Positions 9,659 to 19,654 of a stretch of DNA of 64,000 nucleotides are shown one piece after another. Each line of letters begins with the position of its first letter. Position 1 is the first letter of the stretch. The stretch comes from an uncultured Actinomycetes bacterium (GTDB taxonomy: Bacteria; Actinomycetota; UBA4738; JBBDTT01), in NCBI GenBank assembly GCA_963742735.1, contig CAVUMN010000004.1, positions 512,001 through 576,000 of the forward strand, written 5' to 3'. The notes beneath the pieces were generated by a model. The model saw only the letters and a list, made by a program, of their open reading frames with translations, did not search any database and was not told the DNA's origin. Position numbers and translations under genes: made by a program.

Positions 9659-12257
9659 CGCGCCGTTCCGCCTGCTTCGGTTCCCGGCCACGCTCGTGGC
9701 CGTCCTGGTGGCCGCCCTGCTGCTGGCGGTGGCCGGCGCGGCGTCGCACCTGTTCGTGGACTCCGCGGGGAACGCGGCGCTGCAGCGGGAGATCGACAAC
9801 ACCGCCGGCCGGGTCCCCGCGTTCGAGATCCGCAAGCCGAGCGCCGTCGTGGCCGACGTCCTGGACTACCGCCGCGACGTCGTCCGCCGCCACCTCAGCC
9901 TGCCGGGGCTGGGGGCCCCGGTCCTGGCCGGCCTCGGGTCGCTCACCCAGGTGTCGATCCCCGGAGCGGAACCCTTCGAGCAGGCCCGCACGTTCACCCG
10001 CGACGGCGCGTTCGACCACGTCCGCGTGGTGGACGGCGGCCACGGAGAGGGGGTGTGGCTCCCCGACCGCCTCGCGGACACGATCGGGCTGGAGGCCGGG
10101 GACACCGTGCGCCTGTACCGGGGCGGGGACGACGTGGACGTGCGGGTCGCGGCGGTCTACGCCCACCTTGGGTACGAGCCCCCCGACGCGTACTGGGCGC
10201 CGTTCTCCGGGCTCATCTACCCGCCCACCGCCGAGATCAAGGCCGGCCGGAGCGAGGACCCGCCGCCGCCGTTCGTGATCATGGACTACGAGACCTATCT
10301 CGAGGTCCAGCCCCGCCTGGACGACCGCGCCGAGTTCGTGTGGGACTTCCCGCTGGAGGGCCGGCCCTCGCTGGACGAGGCCCGGGTGCTGTCCGCGCGG
10401 CTGCGCGAGGTCGGCGGCACCCTGTCCGACGAGACCACCGAGCTCGGGGGCGCGCTCGCGTCCGGGAACTACCAGACGCCGGTGACCACCTGGGTGGAGC
10501 AGGCGGAGCGCACGGTCACCGCGATCCTCACGCCGATCGAGACGATCTCGCTGGCCGGGCGGGGCGTGGCGCTCGCCGTGGTCATCGCCGCGGGCGTGTA
10601 CGTGATCCGCCGGCGCAGGGTCGAGTTCGCGCTGCTGCACGCGCGCGGCGTGGCGCCGTCCCGGCTCGGCGCGCGCGTCGCGGTGGAGTCCGTCCTCCCG
10701 CTGGCGATGGGGACTGTCGCCGGGGCGGCCGCCGCCGTCGGGCTGGTATCCGTCCTCGGGCCGGGCCGGTTCACGGAGGCCGCGGTCCGGGAGGCCGCCG
10801 TCTCGGCCGGGATCGGGGCCGCCGTCGGCGTGATCGCGCTGGGCATCGCGGCGGCGGCCACCGTGCGCGGCCTTGACGCGCCGGAAGCGGGCCGGCTCCG
10901 GGGCGTGGTCGGCCGCATCCCGTGGGAGGCCGTCGTGCTGACCCTCGCCGCCGCCGCGCTCTACGAGACGCGGATCCGCGGCGGAGAGCCGCTGGTCGAC
11001 GCGCAGGGCGTGGTGCAGATCGACCGGCTGCTGCTGCTGTTCCCGCTGCTGCTCCTGGCGGGCGGGGCCGGCGTCGCGGTCCGACTTCTCCGGCGGCTCC
11101 TGCCGCGTCTGGGGCGGATTCGGGCCCGGTCGCCGTCGATGTACCTGGCCTCCCGCCGCCTGGCCGGCGCGCCGCGCACGGCGAGCCTGCTGGTCACCGC
11201 GAGCGCGCTCGGGCTGGGGATGCTCGCGTACGCGGGGCTGCTCACCACCTCGATCCGGGGCAGCGCCGACGTGAAGGCCCATGTGGCCGTTGGGAGCGAC
11301 GTGGCCGTGCAGCTCGTGCGGGCCACCGACGAGGAGCCCGACCTGCCGGTCCCGTCCACGAGCGTTCGCGTCGTCGATGAGGTCCCCCTCGCCGGCGGCT
11401 CGGAGTCAACGCTCCTCGGCATCCGCGCGGAGACGTTCGGCGAGGCGGCGTTCTGGGAGAACCGGTTCGGGGCCTCGCTCGACGACGTCCTCGCCGCGCT
11501 GGCCCGGGAGGGGGGCGACCTCCCCGTAGCGCTGGTGAACGGCGGGGGCGATCCGACCGCGATCAGCTTCCCAGGGGCGTCGATCCCCATCCAGGTCGTG
11601 CTGCGGCTCGACGCCTTCCCGGGGATGTCGCCCAACCGGCCCACGGTGGTCGCGAACGTGGCCCGCCTCGAGGCGGAGCTGGACCGGTCCGACCTGACGC
11701 TGGCCTCCATCGGCGGGCGGCAGGAGGTGTGGGCGGTCGGCGGCCAGGACGAGGTCCTCGCCGCGCTGGAGGCCAAGGGCAACCGGTGGACGTTCGTCCG
11801 CGCGGTGGACGAGGTCCGCGACACGCCGGCGTTCCAGTCGCTGGCGTGGACGTTCGGGTTCCTCGAGGCCCTCGGGGTCGCCGCGGGCCTGATCGCCCTC
11901 GTCGGCCTGGTCCTGTACCTCCAGACCCGGCAGCGCGCGCGGGAGATCTCCTACGCCCTGGCCCGGCGGATGGGGCTGACGCGCGGCGCCCACCGGCGTT
12001 CGGTGGCCATGGAGCTCGTCGGGATGCTCGTGACGGCGTTCCTGGTCGGCGCCGCCCTGGCCCTCTTGGCCGCCGTGCTCGTGTACGGGAAGCTCGACCC
12101 GCTGCCATCGCTGCCGCCGAACCCGGTCCTCAGGGCGCCGGTGACGGTCCTGGCCGGCGCGGGCGCCGCCATCGTCGTCGTGGCGTGGCTCGGCGCTCGC
12201 CTCGTCCAGCGAAGGGCCGACCACGCGAACGTGGCGGAGGTGATGCGCGCTGCCTGA
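9642..12257 (+). CDS. FtsX/MacB-like ABC permease (duplicated)
   Basis: Two RRxE(F/I)..L...G permease motifs, multiple TM segments, followed by two ABC ATPases. Confidence 0.85.
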   Translation: MAGFRSAPFRLLRFPATLVAVLVAALLLAVAGAASHLFVDSAGNAALQREIDNTAGRVPAFEIRKPSAVVADVLDYRRDVVRRHLSLPGLGAPVLAGLGSLTQVSIPGAEPFEQARTFTRDGAFDHVRVVDGGHGEGVWLPDRLADTIGLEAGDTVRLYRGGDDVDVRVAAVYAHLGYEPPDAYWAPFSGLIYPPTAEIKAGRSEDPPPPFVIMDYETYLEVQPRLDDRAEFVWDFPLEGRPSLDEARVLSARLREVGGTLSDETTELGGALASGNYQTPVTTWVEQAERTVTAILTPIETISLAGRGVALAVVIAAGVYVIRRRRVEFALLHARGVAPSRLGARVAVESVLPLAMGTVAGAAAAVGLVSVLGPGRFTEAAVREAAVSAGIGAAVGVIALGIAAAATVRGLDAPEAGRLRGVVGRIPWEAVVLTLAAAALYETRIRGGEPLVDAQGVVQIDRLLLLFPLLLLAGGAGVAVRLLRRLLPRLGRIRARSPSMYLASRRLAGAPRTASLLVTASALGLGMLAYAGLLTTSIRGSADVKAHVAVGSDVAVQLVRATDEEPDLPVPSTSVRVVDEVPLAGGSESTLLGIRAETFGEAAFWENRFGASLDDVLAALAREGGDLPVALVNGGGDPTAISFPGASIPIQVVLRLDAFPGMSPNRPTVVANVARLEAELDRSDLTLASIGGRQEVWAVGGQDEVLAALEAKGNRWTFVRAVDEVRDTPAFQSLAWTFGFLEALGVAAGLIALVGLVLYLQTRQRAREISYALARRMGLTRGAHRRSVAMELVGMLVTAFLVGAALALLAAVLVYGKLDPLPSLPPNPVLRAPVTVLAGAGAAIVVVAWLGARLVQRRADHANVAEVMRAA

Positions 12258-13076
12258 GGTCGCGACCCTCGAGGCCACCGCCGGAGCGTGCACCGGCGTC
12301 GTCAAGATCTACTGGACGGCGACGGGAGAGGTCCACGCGCTGAAGGGCATCGACGCGGCGTTCCCCGCCGGCGCGGTGACGGCCGTCGTCGGGCCGTCGG
12401 GGAGTGGGAAGTCCTCGCTGCTCAGGATCCTGGCCGGGCTGGACCACGCCACGGCCGGGTCCGTCCGGGTCGGCGACGCGGACTTGGGCGGGCTCGGCCG
12501 CCGCCGGCTGCGCCGCATGCGCCGCTCGCTCGTCGGCTACGTCTTCCAGCGCCCCTCCGACAACCTGATCTCCTACCTCAGCGTCGCCGAGCACGTCCGC
12601 CTGGCGGCACGCCTGCGCGGGCTGCGCGGCCGGCACCAGGGGGACGACGTCCTGGCGATGCTCGGCCTGGACAAGCGCCGTCACAACCTGCCGCGGCAGC
12701 TGTCGGGAGGAGAGCAGCAGCGGCTCGCGTTCGCACAGGCCGTCGTGGGCGCTCCCGCCCTCGTGGTGGCCGACGAGCCGACCGCCGAGCTCGACAGCGA
12801 GACTGCCGCGGCGCTGGTCGCCTCCGTGACAGAGCTCGCCGCCGGCGGCTCGACCTTCGTCGTCTCCACCCACGACCCCGACGTCGTCCGGGCTTCGGAC
12901 CAGGTCCTGGCTCTGCGCCACGGCGCGCTCGAAGCGGAGACCCGCCAGGACCGCCGGCTGTCGGTGATCGACGAGGCGGGGCGCATCCAGCTCCCCCCGA
13001 GGCCCTGAAGCTGTTTCCCGGACGCCGCGCCGAGATCGCGGTGGAGGACGGACACGTGAGGATCGATCCGCCGTGA
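12250..13076 (+). CDS. ABC transporter ATP-binding protein, with an apparent frameshift in the C6 run at 12993-12998
   Basis: GPSGSGKS, LSGGEQQR, ADEPT. The frame is open back to CTG 12250. The tail ...IQLPP continues as EALKLFPGRRAEIAVEDGHVRIDPP in another frame, which ends GTGA-coupled to the next gene. Confidence 0.85.
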
Positions 13077-13816
13077 GGCTCCAGCCCGACGCCGTACCCG
13101 TCCTGACCGGCCGGGCCCTGGTGAAGACCTACCGGCGCGGGCCCGAAGAGGTCCACGCGCTGCAGGGCGTCGACCTCGAGCTTCGCTCCGGCGAGGTGAT
13201 CGGCCTGGTCGGCCGGTCCGGCTCCGGGAAGACGACGCTCCTCAACCTGTTCGCGGGTTGGGAGCACCCCGACTCCGGTGAGGTGGCATGGGCCGAGCCC
13301 GCCGACCGGCCGGTGAAGCGGCGCGGCCGTACGGCGGAGGCGGCATGGGACCGGATGGCCATACTCCCGCAGGGCCTCGGGCTCATCGAGGAGCTCCCGG
13401 TCCGGGAGAACGTCGAGCTCCCCGCCCGGCTGGCCCGGCGCCCCGAAGGGTTCGGCCGGGCCGAGGCGCTGATCGAGGCGCTCGGGCTCTCCGCGCTCGC
13501 CGACCGGCTGCCGGCGGAGGTCTCCCTCGGCGAGCAGCAGCGCACCGCGCTCGCCCGTGCCCTGGTCCTGCGCCCGGCGATCCTGCTCGCCGACGAGCCG
13601 ACCGGGCACCAGGACGCCGGGTGGAGTGTGGGCGTGTTCACGGCGATCCGCGCGGCCGCGGCCGAGGGGACCGCGTGCCTGATCGCCACCCACAACCGAG
13701 AAGTGCTGCGCTACACGACCCGGGTGGTCCAGATCGCCGACGGCCTGCTCAGCCAGGCTCCTCCGGTCCCGGCCGAGGAGCTCGCAGCCGCCGAAGGTCC
13801 CCGCTCCGGCGAGTGA
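13073..13816 (+). CDS. ABC transporter ATP-binding protein
   Basis: GRSGSGKTT, VSLGEQQR, LADEPTGH. Confidence 0.92.
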   Translation: MRLQPDAVPVLTGRALVKTYRRGPEEVHALQGVDLELRSGEVIGLVGRSGSGKTTLLNLFAGWEHPDSGEVAWAEPADRPVKRRGRTAEAAWDRMAILPQGLGLIEELPVRENVELPARLARRPEGFGRAEALIEALGLSALADRLPAEVSLGEQQRTALARALVLRPAILLADEPTGHQDAGWSVGVFTAIRAAAAEGTACLIATHNREVLRYTTRVVQIADGLLSQAPPVPAEELAAAEGPRSGE

Positions 13817-15602
13817 GCCCGGAGGCGTCGAACCACTCCAGCAGCGGAATCGCGAACTTGCGCGTGGTCCCGATCGCCTCGCGGAACGCGCTGGCCGTCA
13901 GGCCCTCCTCGGCCGCGGCCAGTCGCCGGATCGCGGCCTCGGCCTCCGCGACCTGCTCGGGCAGCAGGTAGAGCTCCCGGCTCACGGCCACGGCGCGCCC
14001 CGTGGCCGCCAGGGCGTCAAGGACCTCCCGGTCGGCGCCGAGCTCGGCGGCGGTGGGAGGTGTGGGCCAGCCGGCGCGCAGGGCCTCCTCGACGCGGCGG
14101 CCCTCGGCCTCGCGGGCGCCGAGGTCCACGAGGTGGCCGGCCAGCCGCACCGTCGTTGCGTCGCGCTCGATCGTCCCCTCGGCGGCGAGGCGATCCAGGA
14201 CGGCCTCGCCCAGGTCGGGCTCCGCCACCGCCAGCGCGCGGCGCACGGCGTCGAGGTCCATCCCCGGTGACAGTGGGTGGTCGCGGTGGTGGGCCTCGAG
14301 CGCGGCGGCCACCGCCGCCCGGAACCGTTCGAGGGCCGCGGCGTGCACCCACCAGCCGCCCAGGCGTTCGGCGTCCCCGACCGCCTCCGCCCGAACCCCG
14401 GTGAGGACCGGGACGTCGGCGGCACGGACCGCGCCCCGCTCGGCAACCAGCACCGACGGGAGCCGCTCGCGGGGGACCCGCCTTGCCGCGAGCCGTCCGG
14501 GCGCGTCCCCGCCGGGGCGTGACGGCGGATCGGGGTCGAGGACCCGCCCGCCGGCGACGGTCTCGCGACGGCCTGCCTCCCGCAGGACGAACGGCTCGCC
14601 CACGTCCAGCACGACGGGGGCGGAGAGGCTCACCCGGACGTAGCCCTCCTCGGCCGCCCGCAGGCGGTCGGTACCGAGGAGCCGGATCCGCGCGTCCCGC
14701 TCGGCGGCGCCCGCGTGGATCTTGAAGGAGCCCCGCGGGGTGACGTCGTGCTCGAGGCCCCGGACCGCGCGCAGGGTTCCCTCGAACGTTCGGGTGGCCC
14801 GCCACTCGCCCGGGTGGACCAGGGCGTCGCCGCGGCGGGCCTGATCGGTCGACAGCCCGGTCAGGTTCACGGCGACCCGCGAGACGGGGACCGCCAGGTC
14901 GATGGGACGGCCGTGGGTCTGCAGGCCCCGGATCCGGGCCCGTTCGCGGGAGGGGAGGAGCTCCACCGCCTCCTCGAGCCGCAGCGGGCCGCCGGTGAGC
15001 GTCCCGGTGACCACGGTCCCGCTGCCCCGCATCGAGAAGGCTCGGTCGACGAACAGCCGCGGCCGACCGCCGGTCTCCGGCGGGGGCGTCGCCCCCAGCA
15101 TCGCGTCGAGGGCCTCGACGAGCTCGGCGATCCCGTCGCCGCGGAGCGCCGAGCAGGCCACGATCGGCGCGCCCTCAAGGACGGTGCCGGCCAGCCGCGC
15201 CTGGACCTCGGCCCGGCGCCCGGCCAGGCCCTCGGCGTCGGCCAGGTCCGACTTCGTCAGCGCCACCAGCCCCGCATCGGCCCCGAGGACGTCGACGATC
15301 TGCAGGTGCTCCTCGGACTGCGGCTTCCAGCCCTCGTCCGCGCCCACCACGAACACGACCAGGCGAACGGGCCCAACGCCCGCGAGCATGTTCTTCACGA
15401 ACTTCTCGTGGCCGGGGACGTCGACGAACCCGACCTCTCGGCCAGAGGGCAGCGTCACCCAGGCGTAGCCGAGGTCGATCGTCAGCCCGCGCCGACGTTC
15501 CTCCTCCCACCGGTCGGGCTCGATCCCGGTGAGCGCCCGGACCAGGGCCGACTTGCCGTGGTCGACGTGCCCCGCGGTCGCGACGACGTGCCGGGTGCTC
15601 AC
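13749..15602 (-). CDS. selB: Selenocysteine-specific translation elongation factor
   Basis: TAGHVDHGKS, EERRRGLTIDLGY, DVPGHEKF, and the C-terminal winged helix FREAIGTTRKFAIPLLEWFD. GTG start is coupled to the upstream TGA. Confidence 0.96.
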   Translation of the reverse strand: MSTRHVVATAGHVDHGKSALVRALTGIEPDRWEEERRRGLTIDLGYAWVTLPSGREVGFVDVPGHEKFVKNMLAGVGPVRLVVFVVGADEGWKPQSEEHLQIVDVLGADAGLVALTKSDLADAEGLAGRRAEVQARLAGTVLEGAPIVACSALRGDGIAELVEALDAMLGATPPPETGGRPRLFVDRAFSMRGSGTVVTGTLTGGPLRLEEAVELLPSRERARIRGLQTHGRPIDLAVPVSRVAVNLTGLSTDQARRGDALVHPGEWRATRTFEGTLRAVRGLEHDVTPRGSFKIHAGAAERDARIRLLGTDRLRAAEEGYVRVSLSAPVVLDVGEPFVLREAGRRETVAGGRVLDPDPPSRPGGDAPGRLAARRVPRERLPSVLVAERGAVRAADVPVLTGVRAEAVGDAERLGGWWVHAAALERFRAAVAAALEAHHRDHPLSPGMDLDAVRRALAVAEPDLGEAVLDRLAAEGTIERDATTVRLAGHLVDLGAREAEGRRVEEALRAGWPTPPTAAELGADREVLDALAATGRAVAVSRELYLLPEQVAEAEAAIRRLAAAEEGLTASAFREAIGTTRKFAIPLLEWFDASGLTRRSGDLRRLRAPRPGPEEPG

Positions 15603-16684
15603 GTCGCCAGCAGCTCGAGCCCCGTGAGCTCGGGGAAGTCGTTCCTGCCCGCCCACGCGTACAGGATCCAGCCGAGGTGATACGAGCGGCACTCGCGATT
15701 GACCTCGAGCCGAGCCGCGGGGGCGAACTCGGCGCGCGCGCGACTCAGCCGCCCTCGCGCGAACCGGCGGGCACGCTCGAACCGTCGCGGCCGGCGGATC
15801 GAGCGGTCGATGAAGAACGGCTCGGCCGAGACCATGGGCACGCCGAGCTCGTTCTGCCCGAACAGCCACCGGTAGCTGCGGCGGATGGCGTCCTCCACGG
15901 GCGCCCCCCGGTCCAGGGCGGGAAGCAGGAACAGCATGGCCATCGCGTCCTGGTGCACGCTGTAGAGCTGATACCAGTCCACCACCCGGCGTCGCCGGAC
16001 GTCGATGAACCACGGCCATTCGCCGCGGGGGCCCTGCAGGGCGAGCACCTCGGCGAGCCCCGCGTCGAACGCCCCCGCCGCCTCCGCGTCGCCCAGCCCG
16101 TGACCGGCCTCCGACTGCGCGGCCAGGTAGTAGGCGACCGCACCGAAGGAGGTGAGGCCGCGTCGGAGCCGGGACCGCTCGTGGCTGGGGAGCGCGGTGC
16201 CGGGGGCGACGAGCTCCTCGCGCATCCGCGCGGCGACCTTCACGGCCGCCTCCGCCGACGCGGCGTTTCCGGTGGCCGCCGCGTGGGACGCCAGCCCAAG
16301 CACACACCACGACCGCTCCTGCGCGTTCAGCCGCCGGTCACCGGCGCTCGTGGCGATCAGCTCACCCGCGAGCCCGCGGGCGGCATCGTGTCCGGCCTCG
16401 GTCAGGCCCCGAAGCAGCAGGCCGCGATCCCCCGGGTTGGTCACGCCGCCGCTCCACCGCCGCACGAAGGCCTCGACCGTCCCGCCCACGTCCCATCCCA
16501 GGTTCGGTGTTCGCACCAGCCCGGCCAGCGTGTTCACCGTGTACCGCAGGCGCCCGGGGTTCTCGAAGTCGTGCACGTAGGCCCCGTCGCGCAGGCGGGT
16601 CGAGTACGCGAACAACCCCAGGTCCTCGTCGTACATCTCGCGCAGGAGCCCCGCGGAGCGGTGGAGGAGCGCGGGGGCGGTCAT
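15599..16684 (-). CDS. Hypothetical protein, probably (alpha/alpha) toroid fold
   Basis: C-terminal part of ORF 15599..17500. ATGA overlap with the upstream gene. Motifs LQGPRGEWPW, YSVHQDAMA, WLFGQNELG, ECRSYHLGW. The fold is inferred. Confidence 0.7.
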   Translation of the reverse strand: MTAPALLHRSAGLLREMYDEDLGLFAYSTRLRDGAYVHDFENPGRLRYTVNTLAGLVRTPNLGWDVGGTVEAFVRRWSGGVTNPGDRGLLLRGLTEAGHDAARGLAGELIATSAGDRRLNAQERSWCVLGLASHAAATGNAASAEAAVKVAARMREELVAPGTALPSHERSRLRRGLTSFGAVAYYLAAQSEAGHGLGDAEAAGAFDAGLAEVLALQGPRGEWPWFIDVRRRRVVDWYQLYSVHQDAMAMLFLLPALDRGAPVEDAIRRSYRWLFGQNELGVPMVSAEPFFIDRSIRRPRRFERARRFARGRLSRARAEFAPAARLEVNRECRSYHLGWILYAWAGRNDFPELTGLELLAT

Positions 16685-17904
16685 ACCCCGTCGTGGAGCG
16701 ACAGTTCGCGAGTCACGGCGTCGGGTTCGGAGGCGGCGGCCAGCGCGAGGAGCATCCAGCTCTGGGTCCACCGCAGGAACAGCCGCGCGTCCACCCGTCG
16801 CCGGTGCACCCGATGGACGTACCGGCGCCGCGATGGGTCCCACGCCGCGGCGTCCGCGTCCTGCAGGATCGCCCGCGCCGCGCCGGGCCCGTCCAGGAGC
16901 AGGGCGCCGAGCGCGACGACCGCGTGGTTGTGGGGGTCGATCGGATACCGCTCGCCCGGGCGGTAGCAGAGCTTCCCGTCCGGCAGGAAGAACGAGCGGC
17001 GGAAGTAGTCCTCCAGCCGTCCGGCGGCCTGATCGTAGGTCGCCACCTCGGGGAGGGGGAGGGCGCGGGCGATCACGCGCACGCAGGCAAGCACGTACAG
17101 GTGATGGAACGCGTCCGTCCAGTCGCCCGACGGCAGGTCCGTGTACGGGATCCGTCCCTCGTCGTCGACGGCCGCCACCGACGTGGCCGAGGTCCGCGCG
17201 GCCACGTCGAGGAAGTCCTCCCGGCCGAAGCGCGCGCCCACCAGGCTCAGCGCGGCGCCGCCGAGCAGGTTCGCGTTGTGGGTGTTCGCGCGCGAGTGCG
17301 CGAAGTAGCCGAGGAACGGCCCCCCCGGCCCCTCCCGCAGGTGCGCCGAGGCGTAGTACCTCCCCGCGTCGGCGAGCAGCTCCGCGTGGCGCGAGGTGGC
17401 ACCCCGGGCGTCGTCGTGGACGAGCGCGAACATCGCGAACGCTCCCGGGACCATGGCAGACGCACGCCGCGCGTTCACCGCGCCCTCGCGGGTGGCCCAC
17501 GTGTAGTCGTACCCCCAGTGGACGCCGGCCGGACCCCGGACCGCCATCGCCCGCAACGCCCGCAACGCCTCATCCGCTCGATGGCCGTCACCCAGCAGCC
17601 GATGGGCGAAGTAGGACGTCACGTAGATCTTCGGGTCCTCGATCGGCCTCACGCCGAGCCCCCGCCGCAGCAAGTCCGGCGCCACCCGAGAGCCGAACTT
17701 GCTCAGGGCGAGCTGGCCGAGGTGCCATCGCTTGGGGACCCACCCGAGGACGGGGGAGTTGGGCAGGTCGAACGGGTCGTGGCCGCGGTAGTCCGCGAAC
17801 TCGATCAGCTCGACGAGTGCCCGGATGCGCGCGCGCATCCAGCCGGGGTCATCGCCCGGCGTGTGCCGCTCCCGCCCGCCGTTGATACGCCTCCGGGGAG
17901 TCAT
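16681..17904 (-). CDS. Hypothetical protein, probably (alpha/alpha) toroid; resembles uncharacterised proteins I recall from polysaccharide loci
   Basis: DYRGHDPFD, WGYDYTW, THNANLLGG, WTDAFHHLY, YPIDPHN. The start may instead be ATG 17838. Confidence 0.7.
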   Translation of the reverse strand: MTPRRRINGGRERHTPGDDPGWMRARIRALVELIEFADYRGHDPFDLPNSPVLGWVPKRWHLGQLALSKFGSRVAPDLLRRGLGVRPIEDPKIYVTSYFAHRLLGDGHRADEALRALRAMAVRGPAGVHWGYDYTWATREGAVNARRASAMVPGAFAMFALVHDDARGATSRHAELLADAGRYYASAHLREGPGGPFLGYFAHSRANTHNANLLGGAALSLVGARFGREDFLDVAARTSATSVAAVDDEGRIPYTDLPSGDWTDAFHHLYVLACVRVIARALPLPEVATYDQAAGRLEDYFRRSFFLPDGKLCYRPGERYPIDPHNHAVVALGALLLDGPGAARAILQDADAAAWDPSRRRYVHRVHRRRVDARLFLRWTQSWMLLALAAASEPDAVTRELSLHDGV

Positions 17905-19630
17905 TGATCACCAGGTAGTCGCCGATGGCGAGCGCGTCGAGATGGGCCTGCTTGAAGGCCTTCACCGCCTCGTCCGGGGTGCAGATGATGGGTTCCTCGT
18001 GCATGTTGAAGCTCGTGTTGATGATCGAGGGGATGCCGGTCAGCTCGTGATAGCGCGTGAGGGTGTCGTGGATCGACGGATTGACCTCGCGGCGGATCAG
18101 CTGCGGCCTGGCCGTCCCGTCCACGTGCACGCACGCCGGTGACTGCTCGCGCATCGGCTTCGTGGCGTCGAACGTGATCGTCATGAACTCGGCCGTGTGC
18201 TCGGCGCCGCCGACGCCCTCGTAGCACTCGGACGCATGCTCGGCAAGGGTCACCGGCGCGAACGGCATGAACTCCGAGCGCCGCAGCTGCTTGTTGAGCC
18301 AGTCGTTCGCGGTCGGGTCCTTCGCGTGGTACAGGATCGAGCGGTTCCCCAGGGCCCTGGGGCCGTACTCCATCCGCCCCTGGAACCTGGCGATGATGTA
18401 GCCCTCGGCCAGCAGCTCCGCCAGCCGCCGCTCGAGCTTCCCGTCGCCGAGCTCGGTGTAGGGCAGGCCGCCGCGGTCCAGGGCCGCGCGGATCTCCGCC
18501 GCCGAATACTCCGGACCCAGGTAGACGTCGTCCAGGCGGTAGGGCTCGAACGGGCGCACCGCGTGGGCGGCGAGCATGGCCGCGCCGAACCCCGTCCCCT
18601 CGTCGCCCATCGCCGGCTGCACGAAGATGTTCCGGAACCCCAGGGCCTTGATCCGCTGGTTCAGCTTCACGTTGGCGAACACGCCGCCGCCCACCACGAT
18701 GTTGTGCTCGGCAGGGTCGGGCACGTGGCGGCGGATCAGGGCCAGGACGTCGCGCTCCAGGAGGAACTGGATCGCCGCGGCGATCTGCTCGCGCGTCCAC
18801 GCGCCGAACATGGTTTCCCGAATCTCCCGCAGGCGCGGGAGGTTGGCCTCGGGGTCGACGTGGATCAGGTGGAACCAGTTGACCTTCGCCCCGCGCCGGT
18901 ACTGGCCGCGCAGCCACTCGTCGAGGCGCGTGACCAGGTCCTCGTCGGCCTCGGCGTACGCGGCGAGGCCGGTGACCTTCCCCGGGTGCTTGTCGGGGTC
19001 GAACCCGAGCATCGCCGTGACCAGCTCGTAGGACTGGCCGGCGATGTGCTCGCTCTGGAAGTAGCGGTGCTGGATCTCGAAGCCGGTTCCGCGGCCGCGG
19101 CCGACGCACGCCGACAGCAGGTCGCCCACGCCGTCCACCGACAGGACGATCGCCTCGTCCATCCCCGAGCAGTAGTAGGCCGAGGCCATGTGGCAGCGGT
19201 GGTGGTCGTAGCCGGCGTCCACGCGCTTCCCGGCGAAGTCGTTCGTCGAGATCGAGAAGCGGTGGAGGTCCCGGTCCCGCTTGATCTTCTTCCGATAGAA
19301 CAGGCCGGCAACCTCGCTCAGCCGCTCGACCGGGGGGATCGACCACCGCCCATGGCGGAGGCCGTCCCAGTAATAGGCCGCCTCCCGGGCGATCCGCTGC
19401 GGCGTCCGAAGCCGCGCGAACGCGAGGGTGGAGCCCTCCAGGTCGTATCGGTCGGCGGCGTAGGCGTACGCCAGCCGGGGCATGCCCCGCTGGAGCTTCA
19501 CGCGCGTGAACCGCTCCTCGCTCGCGGAGAAGATCGGCCGGCCGCCGTCGTCGACGAGCGTGACGCTCGCGCAGTGGCTCTTGCTGATGCCGGTGGCACG
19601 AACCCGGGTGCCGCGCGCAGGGGCTGACAT
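17849..19630 (-). CDS. O-carbamoyltransferase, NodU/CmcH/TobZ family
   Basis: EERFTRVK, HHRCH, DGVGD, GGVFANVKLN, PAMGDEG, GRMEYGPRALGNRS, PFAP, HVDGTARPQ, NTSFNMHEEPI. Confidence 0.95.
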   Translation of the reverse strand: MSAPARGTRVRATGISKSHCASVTLVDDGGRPIFSASEERFTRVKLQRGMPRLAYAYAADRYDLEGSTLAFARLRTPQRIAREAAYYWDGLRHGRWSIPPVERLSEVAGLFYRKKIKRDRDLHRFSISTNDFAGKRVDAGYDHHRCHMASAYYCSGMDEAIVLSVDGVGDLLSACVGRGRGTGFEIQHRYFQSEHIAGQSYELVTAMLGFDPDKHPGKVTGLAAYAEADEDLVTRLDEWLRGQYRRGAKVNWFHLIHVDPEANLPRLREIRETMFGAWTREQIAAAIQFLLERDVLALIRRHVPDPAEHNIVVGGGVFANVKLNQRIKALGFRNIFVQPAMGDEGTGFGAAMLAAHAVRPFEPYRLDDVYLGPEYSAAEIRAALDRGGLPYTELGDGKLERRLAELLAEGYIIARFQGRMEYGPRALGNRSILYHAKDPTANDWLNKQLRRSEFMPFAPVTLAEHASECYEGVGGAEHTAEFMTITFDATKPMREQSPACVHVDGTARPQLIRREVNPSIHDTLTRYHELTGIPSIINTSFNMHEEPIICTPDEAVKAFKQAHLDALAIGDYLVINDSPEAYQRRAGAAHAGR

Positions 19631-19654
19631 GGGCTGATGGTACGCGAGCCGAAC

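Noticed and set aside
13749-13816. 68-bp convergent overlap of selB and the ABC ATPase (similar at 54191-54273)
   Set aside because: Short tail-to-tail overlaps with low-complexity ends are ordinary in GC-rich genomes.
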